DNA of 55,697 bases from NCBI GenBank assembly GCA_021158105.1, contig JAGGVH010000039.1, forward strand, positions 1 to 55,697, written 5' to 3'. Below the pieces are notes generated by a model. It was not told the DNA's origin. It did no database searches and worked only from the letters and a program-made list of their open reading frames with translations. The position numbers and the translations under genes were made by a program. How positions within the stretch are numbered: position 1 is the first letter of the stretch; every line of letters starts with the position of its first letter. The stretch is from Candidatus Micrarchaeota archaeon. Lineage in GTDB: Archaea > Micrarchaeota > Micrarchaeia > Anstonellales > JAGGVH01. Positions 28,128-36,705 of this stretch are shown here, in pieces.

Positions 28128-28370
28128 GATTACACCTCAAACAATTTTATTAAATCTTACCATTTGCGATCCAGACAAAACTGAATCCCACTAACTATAC
28201 TCAAACCTAAACCTAACTTAAACCTGCGAGTGATTCCCAACACAATGCACCATGGATGCCCTATAACCACACATTAAAAGGACCACAGTGACTCGTAATG
28301 TTGAGAGTGTCAGCTCTTTACAATAATGAGCTCCACTGTCCTCTTTTATCATAGAAGGGTTTATAAATAT
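28128..28370 (-). promoter_or_regulatory. Promoter and long (about 215 nt) structured 5' leader of the r-protein operon
   Basis: TTTATAAA box at about 28360-28367 on the minus strand; multi-stem structure at 28276-28347; GAGGTG RBS before rpl3. Confidence 0.55.
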
Positions 28371-28406
28371 ACTGGTTACCTGAAAAGTCCAATCTGCTTT
28401 AACAAG

Positions 28407-29726
28407 TTAGACCAATCCTGCACAGTTGACTGCACTCTGCCAATCGCCGAACATCTCAATTATACTGTCAACATCTACAAGGTTATACTCTGCAGTGTTT
28501 AACTTCCAATCATCTGGAGAGGGAACCTTGCCGATGATTTTCCGCATCATCCTCAACTGCTTAATGACTATTGCAGATTCTTTTGTGTTGGGATACTTTG
28601 CCACATCCATTAAAACATCAAACCCTGCTTCTACAAGAAAAAAGTCCCATTTTCCAAAATAATGATAAATCTTAGATGGTAGCGGGAGTGCAGGGTTGTT
28701 CTTTAATTCTTTGACCCAATCATTACGGTTGGGGATGTAACCGTTCTCACTGACAAAAGTTAGCAATGCACTAATCAGGTTCTGTTTTATTGTTTGGATT
28801 TTTTGTTCTTTATTCTTCATTCTTTTTAATTTCTCAATTTCTTTTTTTGTTTTAACCCCTGCAACTCTTTTAAGATTCTTCCAACTTCCAAACACCGCCT
28901 TCACCACCCGATAAGAAACATCTGTCTGTTCAACCCATAACTTAAAACTCTCATTAGTCTTCTCTAATAAATTATCTTCTAAGAATGACTCAAAACTTTC
29001 CAAGATAGTCTTCTCAAGTTTATACTTTACATAATGTAACAATTTATTGTATGACCCAAAAAGTTTTCTTATCAGCGATGGCGGAACAGAAACCATATTC
29101 TGTTGATAAAGTGAAAGCCAATGCCAATATGATGGAATAAAATGTTTATTATCAACAATACTCAAAAATTCAGTTGTTATTTGCTCCTTTAATTCATCAT
29201 CAGAAACCTTAGCTTTTGTTTGCAAATGACTAATAAAATCGTTCCAGTTTTTAAATATAACATAAATCCACTGCCTTGAAACTACATTATACTGCTTGTG
29301 AAACTTAATCCATTCTGGTGATGACGGGAAACGGTTGTTCAATTTATAGTATAACAATCCTTCCATAATAATCTTGTTTCTTATTACATTACGGTTGGCA
29401 TGAGCACCCTGGCGTTTTGGAGAATATCCTGCTAAACTCAATGCTTTGCGCCATGAACCTATTACTTTATATACTACATATAAAGAAGGCAGAGAATCAT
29501 TATATTTTCTTTCTTCATTCCAATCTATCCTGCGCGGTATATACCCCCTCTTCTTAACAAACGTTTGTATTGCCGAGATAATGTTCATTCTAACCTGCTT
29601 CTTAGAATGTTGTGAATAAGCAGAACTAACATTGTCAACCAATGGTTCTTGTTCTTGTAAAGAATGTGTATCGGTTGCATAGGTGTCGTGAACGGGCAAA
29701 TCTTGTCCACCAAACTTGACTTTCAT
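28407..29726 (-). CDS. Protein built of tandem 'homing endonuclease-associated repeat' (HNH_repeat-like) units, no nuclease domain seen
   Basis: About six repeats of the form [I/L]...F....G..P....W..........P....Y..FGSW...L..AG[YFLV]. Confidence 0.75.
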   Translation of the reverse strand: MKVKFGGQDLPVHDTYATDTHSLQEQEPLVDNVSSAYSQHSKKQVRMNIISAIQTFVKKRGYIPRRIDWNEERKYNDSLPSLYVVYKVIGSWRKALSLAGYSPKRQGAHANRNVIRNKIIMEGLLYYKLNNRFPSSPEWIKFHKQYNVVSRQWIYVIFKNWNDFISHLQTKAKVSDDELKEQITTEFLSIVDNKHFIPSYWHWLSLYQQNMVSVPPSLIRKLFGSYNKLLHYVKYKLEKTILESFESFLEDNLLEKTNESFKLWVEQTDVSYRVVKAVFGSWKNLKRVAGVKTKKEIEKLKRMKNKEQKIQTIKQNLISALLTFVSENGYIPNRNDWVKELKNNPALPLPSKIYHYFGKWDFFLVEAGFDVLMDVAKYPNTKESAIVIKQLRMMRKIIGKVPSPDDWKLNTAEYNLVDVDSIIEMFGDWQSAVNCAGLV

Positions 29727-29901
29727 GGATTTACTTTTATAAAGACATAAATATAAAGCTTTCTGTAAAATTTTTTAAACGTTCTAAAACTAATAATTAA
29801 CAGTAAAATATATATATGTGCATACATACAATTAATTAATAGTGTGGGCATATAAGAACATTTAAAAAGGTTAAATGTCCAGAAAAGTTAGGTGATGTGG
29901 T

Positions 29902-32900
29902 ATGACTCAGGGTGTTAAGTTAGCTGAAAACATAAGCGGGGTTGAAATTGCGAATATTATCAAATCAAAAAATAGTGAAATAGGAAATGTTAATAATCTT
30001 AACATATTCATCGACGCACTCATACAACGGATGACCAAGTTGCATGATGAGGCAAGAAAGCACAACGAAGAGGGGATATTCCCCGACATACCCAAAACTA
30101 ATGAAGGGTTTGCTGACATGTTTATTGAATCGTTCAATAAAGCAAAAAAGATTATTAACGACCCGTTAAACCACGAAGCATTAAAAAATCATATGGGAAG
30201 AGAATTGACTGACGAAGAAGTATTAAAACTTACAATATTCATTGCAGGAAACATTTTGTTGTATGGGGAGAACGGCATTGCAGCAGTCAAAGGCAGTTTT
30301 GGATTATTACCCAATGATAACACCTTCAATTCTGTCCTGTCAACTGTAAACCAAAGAATATCATTTTATTTTACAACAATCTATGACCTTAAAGAGGTAT
30401 GGGAAAATATTCAGGGCAAGCTTAAAAACTCTTTTGACCCGGTTGATGCAGTTGCATTATTAACATTAAAAACTGAAGAGAAAAAAAGAGAAAAGATTGA
30501 ATATGTTCCAAAGAAAATAACCGAGCATGAGGAAAAGGAAGTTTCACCCACTGTCAAACATAAAAAGCCGTCTGTCAAAGAAAAACCTAAAAAAGAAGAA
30601 ACAACTGAAACTAAAGCACCGATAAGCGAAGAGTTGGCAAACGAAACGATTGAACAGATGTACATTATTGAAAACTACCTGACACCTTCTCAGCTTGCCG
30701 ATTTAGGTTATCTCCAGAATACACAGGACTTAGTTAGGATTTATTCTGATACAGACTTAATATTTTCGCCCGGGATGATTGCAGGGTTTGAAAAGCAATT
30801 AGAAGAGAAAGGATTGTCGCCGCAAGGTGAAGGAGTATTCGGCAGGGTTGGACTGAACAAGTATCATCTTGAAGAAGCAATATTGTATGCAACAGGTTAT
30901 CTTGAAGAGTTGTGGGGCGTTCCAAACTTAGTATTATGGGAAAATGATGATGAGAGGAAAGCTTTACAGCAGTTGATAATTAACCTTGGGATTTATGATT
31001 ATATGAACGGTAAAGGTGAACTTAAAGAATTGTTTGACGGTGCAACAGGCGATGAACTTAGGAAGGTGTTCTCAAACGGTAGAATCAACATGGACGCACT
31101 CAATGATATAAACAAAAGAGTGTTGAACGCAGTGCCGGAACAACAACAGTTTGTGATGTTTATCGCAAACCAAATCTTCTCAGATGAAGAAAAGAACAGG
31201 ACAAGTGTAATAAGAGAATACAACCAGTTGACAGCCAATACTGATGCGATGGAAATACTAAACCTGTACCCAACAGGAAAAGATTTAGAACTTGTCTCGA
31301 GCGGCAGGCCTTTAATTTACAATAAAGATGAAAAACAAATTTATGCGTTGACTGAAGAGAGAAAAACATTGTTCAGTGAAAACGTTGAACGGCTTGCACA
31401 AGGTGAGATCACATGGCAACAGTTTGTTAATATGTATCAAAAATATTATGGTGCAAAGTCAGCAGCTAAGATGATGACAGAGTTAAACATAACATATTAC
31501 GGCAACACTCCTATAAACAAAGGTGGCCATGGTGAATATCCAACCATTGGCAGTGATATATTATTAAACTATACAAGCAAAGGCAACCCATACCTCCAAG
31601 GAACAAACATCATAAAAAAACACTGGAAAGAAGCAACAAAAGGATTAGGTGATAAGTGGGACGGCTCAGTCAGTATGATAGGAGAATGGATATTGCAAAA
31701 TGTTAAGTTAAATAAGGCTGACAGGACTGAACTTGAAAATGCAATAATATTTTATAAAGCAGTTGAAAAAGGCGAAATCAATAATTATACATGGAAAGAA
31801 CAAAAAATAAAAAGTTCGCCCATTGACGACTTGTATTATTCAGTATCAAACTACACAGAAAAATGGCAGGATATGTTTGACCAAGGCCTTTTCACATTTG
31901 CCGAGTCGCTGGGTTGGGTTAAGATAACAAAAGATAAAAATGGAAAATGGACAAAAGTCGAGATTAAAAAAGAAGAAGAACTTAATAAAGTGTTAACCGA
32001 CCCGACATACATGCTTTATTTATCATATGCATTTGAGGTATTAGGACAGAATGCTGCAGCTGCACTTCATAACAAATACGGGAAAGAATGGATTCAACGA
32101 TTGAAAACAAAACCTGGAAGGAATGAAATCATTAATTTCCTTGGTAAGAGGTATGGGGCAAACTGGGATGCAAAAAAACGAATCAATGGTTATATTAAGG
32201 GTTCTAAAAATCTTACCAGGTTTATGGATGACCTCAATAAAATATTAGAAAATAATAATATTGACCCATTAAACTGGGCTGAAGTCACAAATAAATTAAG
32301 GACTGATGAAAAACTCAGGAATGAATTAACTAACATTTTTGTCACATTCTTACAGGAAAAGGATTATGCAAGCTCATCATTAATGTTTCCATTATATTTC
32401 AGATTCTATGAATTTGGTTCAGACGGGAAACCTAAGAAAGATAAAAGTGGCAATTATGTTGTTAAAAGGGATGTTGTTGAGGAGGAAGTTATGAAGATAC
32501 TCGACCCCGCAATCACTGACGGGTTTAATCCCTTGATAACATTAGGTTTTCTGATAACTGGTAACACGTATGAAAATGATTACACTGAAAGTTTCCATTG
32601 GAAGAAAAAAAGGGAATATACAGTACACTTTGACCTGGCACCGAACGGTAAAATAATACCTGAAATAATCAATGTTGGCAAACAATTAGGATTTGATGGC
32701 AGGATGGATGTTGAAAAAGATGAAGATGTCATCGTTACAACAGGCAAAGGTCATCCATTGAAATGGAGAAATGTTACTGAAAGAGAACTGATTGCATCAA
32801 TGGATGAAGACACAACCATAACAGAAATACAAATAAAAGACAGGAAAAACAAAAAAAGTGTGATGGCAGACATTGACACTCAAACGTTGTTACAAGTAAC

Positions 32901-34764
32901 TGCACAGACAACCAAAATGAACAGTGCAGAAAACGGTACACAAACTATCAGGACGCCAGACGTCAAAGATGCAGAGGTCACACTCTATTTCTCAAAGGTC
33001 GAAAAAGATGGCACACTAACATTTATCAATGTCCCAATAAAAGGAAATCTAACAACTGACGAGCATGGCAGAAGCCATGTCACTTTTAACATTAATCAGA
33101 AGGATGAAAATGGTGATTTTATTTTTGAGGACGGTGCACAATATGTCATTTCAGGACGCACAGGAAGGGAAGACTTGGGAAGTTCGCACATTGAACACAT
33201 TGCAACGTTTAAAGTCGTTGGAGTGAACGAGATTACGCCAACAGTAAAAGGTGGTGTTGGTGGAGTACTAACAACATACATTCCTGAAACCCCCCTTATA
33301 GAAGGCCACATCTTTAACGGGTTAAATCCGACCATAGCTGCATTAGACCCTGTATGGGGGGATGGGGAATATATGTATAAAGCACTTGAAGCGTTAGGTG
33401 CAGATAAAGAAATAATTGATGCTAACACTACAAGATATTCATATGCTGGGGATGTTATTGAAATAGGATATGATGGAACAACATATAATGTTAACAGAAT
33501 AAGGCATGTTGATCAATGGTATGACATAGAAACAAATCCAGATCCTGGTGTTGTCGCAGGACCATTACTGTTAGCATTGAGTACAGGTCTTCTTAATAGT
33601 TACAGAAATGATGATAACCCTGCAGCACTTGACGCTTTTATAAGAACATTTGTAAATGATGATATGACTACAACAGAAATAGGTCAACATGTGTTCACTG
33701 TATGGAGTACTGATACTGGTGTAACTGATATTCCCGCCTTCAGAAATTCTATCATTGATTCAGCCAATAATGATGAAATTTATTACTATTTATTAAATGA
33801 AGATAATCCTGAGTTGTCTAGATGGGAAGGTGCTCCCCCACAGTTTATGAGATCTCTTGGAAATTCAGTAGGACTTTATCTTGAACATTCGACATTCAAA
33901 GGTGTTGCTGAAACCCGTGTAGCAAGAGTAAATAATGTGTTCTTTAGTTTACCTCTATTACAAAGCATACAAAGAGGAGGGTGGTTAGACATTGAAGCGG
34001 TTGTAGCACTTGATGTTGAAAGCGGTAGATTATACATCGTAGAAGCTGACACAGAATTACCTGAAGAATTAAGAGATAGAGGAGAATATGACATTTATCA
34101 CATACAGGGCTCACTTAGCGGAGAATTTAAAATAAGTGAAAGAATAGGTATGACAACCAGCATTCTAGCGGATGTGCCGGCACCTATAAGGAAACGTATG
34201 GGTTCTGAGAGAGCAAATATATATGGTTTCTTTAAAGAAGCAGTTGAAAGTACTCAAGGGAGTTCTGTTGGATTGCAACATATTGTTTCAGGAGTGTTAA
34301 ACAAAAACATAAAACCGTTTGTTGGAGCAGAAGTAGATTATGTACTCATAGGAGACAAAAAATATGGGGTTGTAGGTGTTGGTGGAGGTGCAGAATTGTA
34401 TCTCAATGATTTAAAACTTACATTATCTTACACAGAACATAGAGGTTTGAAAGGTTCTGAACCTTATGCTAATGTTGATATGCACAGTTTCATATTTACA
34501 ATAGACAAACCGGTTGATAAAGGTTTGGTAGATAACCTTAAGCTAAGAACAGAAGCAACATTTAGAGACACTTATAGAACTGGTAAGATGGGAGTAACTA
34601 TAGGTATGGGACCTGCTGAAGTTACTGCTGGAGCAACTGCAACCCAAAAAATGATAGGGGCAAGGGAAATTAAACCCGGGGTTTATGGAGGAGTTGAGGT
34701 TAGCTTAGACTGGATATGGAAAAGTATAATTTATCCGCCGCTTGATTGGATAGGAATATATTAA
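29902..34764 (+). CDS. Large (1620 aa) multidomain hypothetical protein; Ig-like segment and C-terminal amphipathic beta-strand domain
   Basis: Long uninterrupted ORF after an AGGTGATG RBS; no signal peptide; C-terminal part is similar to the 489-aa ORF at 36706. Confidence 0.85.
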   Translation: MTQGVKLAENISGVEIANIIKSKNSEIGNVNNLNIFIDALIQRMTKLHDEARKHNEEGIFPDIPKTNEGFADMFIESFNKAKKIINDPLNHEALKNHMGRELTDEEVLKLTIFIAGNILLYGENGIAAVKGSFGLLPNDNTFNSVLSTVNQRISFYFTTIYDLKEVWENIQGKLKNSFDPVDAVALLTLKTEEKKREKIEYVPKKITEHEEKEVSPTVKHKKPSVKEKPKKEETTETKAPISEELANETIEQMYIIENYLTPSQLADLGYLQNTQDLVRIYSDTDLIFSPGMIAGFEKQLEEKGLSPQGEGVFGRVGLNKYHLEEAILYATGYLEELWGVPNLVLWENDDERKALQQLIINLGIYDYMNGKGELKELFDGATGDELRKVFSNGRINMDALNDINKRVLNAVPEQQQFVMFIANQIFSDEEKNRTSVIREYNQLTANTDAMEILNLYPTGKDLELVSSGRPLIYNKDEKQIYALTEERKTLFSENVERLAQGEITWQQFVNMYQKYYGAKSAAKMMTELNITYYGNTPINKGGHGEYPTIGSDILLNYTSKGNPYLQGTNIIKKHWKEATKGLGDKWDGSVSMIGEWILQNVKLNKADRTELENAIIFYKAVEKGEINNYTWKEQKIKSSPIDDLYYSVSNYTEKWQDMFDQGLFTFAESLGWVKITKDKNGKWTKVEIKKEEELNKVLTDPTYMLYLSYAFEVLGQNAAAALHNKYGKEWIQRLKTKPGRNEIINFLGKRYGANWDAKKRINGYIKGSKNLTRFMDDLNKILENNNIDPLNWAEVTNKLRTDEKLRNELTNIFVTFLQEKDYASSSLMFPLYFRFYEFGSDGKPKKDKSGNYVVKRDVVEEEVMKILDPAITDGFNPLITLGFLITGNTYENDYTESFHWKKKREYTVHFDLAPNGKIIPEIINVGKQLGFDGRMDVEKDEDVIVTTGKGHPLKWRNVTERELIASMDEDTTITEIQIKDRKNKKSVMADIDTQTLLQVTAQTTKMNSAENGTQTIRTPDVKDAEVTLYFSKVEKDGTLTFINVPIKGNLTTDEHGRSHVTFNINQKDENGDFIFEDGAQYVISGRTGREDLGSSHIEHIATFKVVGVNEITPTVKGGVGGVLTTYIPETPLIEGHIFNGLNPTIAALDPVWGDGEYMYKALEALGADKEIIDANTTRYSYAGDVIEIGYDGTTYNVNRIRHVDQWYDIETNPDPGVVAGPLLLALSTGLLNSYRNDDNPAALDAFIRTFVNDDMTTTEIGQHVFTVWSTDTGVTDIPAFRNSIIDSANNDEIYYYLLNEDNPELSRWEGAPPQFMRSLGNSVGLYLEHSTFKGVAETRVARVNNVFFSLPLLQSIQRGGWLDIEAVVALDVESGRLYIVEADTELPEELRDRGEYDIYHIQGSLSGEFKISERIGMTTSILADVPAPIRKRMGSERANIYGFFKEAVESTQGSSVGLQHIVSGVLNKNIKPFVGAEVDYVLIGDKKYGVVGVGGGAELYLNDLKLTLSYTEHRGLKGSEPYANVDMHSFIFTIDKPVDKGLVDNLKLRTEATFRDTYRTGKMGVTIGMGPAEVTAGATATQKMIGAREIKPGVYGGVEVSLDWIWKSIIYPPLDWIGIY

Positions 34765-34776
34765 TGGAGGGATATT

Positions 34777-36690
34777 ATGAAAAAAGAAATTATAATCATG
34801 ACTTTGATGATTACATTGGTCAGTTGTGATTCGATCGACCGAACTTTTTCAAACGCAGAATTTAGAGGATGTGCACCTCACAACTCAGATAAATTTAACG
34901 CTAATCTTTATGTAACATTTGGTAATGAACTGACAGCATCACAAATAATTAATCCTAGCACTCTTGAAATTTCTGCAGGTAGTTTAGATGATGGGGATTA
35001 TATTTGCCCTGGACAGATTAGACAACAACTTACAAATGAAAGATCAGAGTATGATTTTGTGGGCAAGGGGTATGGATCATATTTTTTAAGCTGTTTAGAT
35101 TTTCCTCTACAAAGCGGTCCGACACCTGGTAATTATAGTTATGAAAATTCAGCTAATTTAAATAAAGAATATGACGGTGGACTTTATTGTAATCCTGAAG
35201 ATCCTTGCAGTGACGTTGAAGTAGGTTACCAAACTGTGTGCAGCGGTGCACCTATGCACGCTCAACCTTTTGTATTAACAGCATATAATGGTTTCTCAGA
35301 AGAATCAGTAGGCTACACAACGATAGTAATGGCCGGACAGCTAACAAGGGGCGATAACGGAAACGTGTATAATACTGAACTTTCAAACGTGATGGACAGC
35401 ACTTTTTCGATCGTTGATTGGTCAGCTCCTTCAGAATTAGGGGACCATAACCTTAACATATACATTGAAAAAATTATTTTTGAAGCTGCAGCATACTATG
35501 AATGCAATAGTTGTCCAGCACCACCATGTGAAAAAGAACTTCAATATTTTAATTATCAACCTGACCAAAACATTGAACTGTTTTCAGGGGAGGTTCACGT
35601 TGTTAACCTGATAGCAAACGGGTCCATAGTAAACATTCAGGCCAATGGAAATCCAATCGATCCAACATCAGGCATCCCGGTCAACCCTGACGGAACACCA
35701 ACACATATTACTATTACTGTCAGCAATGACGGAGCAAGCAATACTGAACAAAACCTTGCCATGCCAATAACTGTAGAAAACGTTGTTGTAACATCTAACC
35801 CATCAGATTGTTTTATATTTACCCCAACAACACCATTGCCTTCATCGGCTATACCTGTCGGAGATACTATAAACATAGAAGGGGATTTATCTGCAAATCC
35901 CACTCCTACACATAATTGCAATGATGCAAACATCTCATTCAATATTAGTTATGAAGGCATAAGTGAGGATTGTAATGGTGCGACACCTGAGGGTAACGAT
36001 GTGTGGACGTATAACAGAAGCAAAGCACCAGACTACACATGTTCAATCAATGACGTGGTTGGTAATTATGGAGATCCAATAACAATCAACATTACAACAT
36101 CAAACATAGGCGGAGGACCAGGAGGTAACCCTTCAAATACATATATTAGAATACTACCATCAGGATATGAAGAACCATTTAACATACCATCACTGAACGC
36201 AGTGCAAAGTATATCCAATTATAGGATGATAACATGCAACTATTCCACTCCTCAAACTATATATGGATATGCAGACGTTAACGACAACATTTCCGAGAGT
36301 GATGAAAACAATAATCAATGCAACGCAACAATCACATGCACAAGTTATCCTGATTATGTTGCAAAATGCACTGGCGGAACAGGATACTTAGGAGATGTTG
36401 TTCAGTATACTGTTGAAACAAAAAATGTAGGGCAACCTGCCACTAACCATTCAATAACTAACGTTAGTATTGAAGGATTCATAATTAACCAATATCCCGT
36501 CCCAGGATTAAACACGAATGACATTGCACAAGAATCATTTAACTTCACATGTATGATAGCAGGACAATATAATATAACACCTTATGCAGATGCATTATTC
36601 AATATAAGCGAATTAGATGAAACGAACAATTATGAACATTCGTGTATTATAAATTGTTTATCAAACTACACATGTATAGATTACGTTTAA
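34777..36690 (+). CDS. Cys-rich secreted protein / putative lipoprotein with two CARDB-like domains
   Basis: MKKEIIIMTLMITLVSC signal with LVSC lipobox; ADVNDNISESDENNN and ADALFNISELDETNN CARDB signatures; GGAGG RBS. Confidence 0.8.
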   Translation: MKKEIIIMTLMITLVSCDSIDRTFSNAEFRGCAPHNSDKFNANLYVTFGNELTASQIINPSTLEISAGSLDDGDYICPGQIRQQLTNERSEYDFVGKGYGSYFLSCLDFPLQSGPTPGNYSYENSANLNKEYDGGLYCNPEDPCSDVEVGYQTVCSGAPMHAQPFVLTAYNGFSEESVGYTTIVMAGQLTRGDNGNVYNTELSNVMDSTFSIVDWSAPSELGDHNLNIYIEKIIFEAAAYYECNSCPAPPCEKELQYFNYQPDQNIELFSGEVHVVNLIANGSIVNIQANGNPIDPTSGIPVNPDGTPTHITITVSNDGASNTEQNLAMPITVENVVVTSNPSDCFIFTPTTPLPSSAIPVGDTINIEGDLSANPTPTHNCNDANISFNISYEGISEDCNGATPEGNDVWTYNRSKAPDYTCSINDVVGNYGDPITINITTSNIGGGPGGNPSNTYIRILPSGYEEPFNIPSLNAVQSISNYRMITCNYSTPQTIYGYADVNDNISESDENNNQCNATITCTSYPDYVAKCTGGTGYLGDVVQYTVETKNVGQPATNHSITNVSIEGFIINQYPVPGLNTNDIAQESFNFTCMIAGQYNITPYADALFNISELDETNNYEHSCIINCLSNYTCIDYV

Positions 36691-36705
36691 ACAAAAGGTG
36701 ATATA

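Noticed and set aside
28203-28225. AAACCT repeats (telomere-like TTAGGTTT on the minus strand) in the rpl3 leader
   Set aside because: Only three short copies; not distinguishable from chance without comparative data.
28309-28353. Possible C/D box sRNA (ATGATAA ... CTGA on the minus strand)
   Set aside because: Box C is imperfect, no D'/C' pair, and the boxes overlap the stems of the leader fold.
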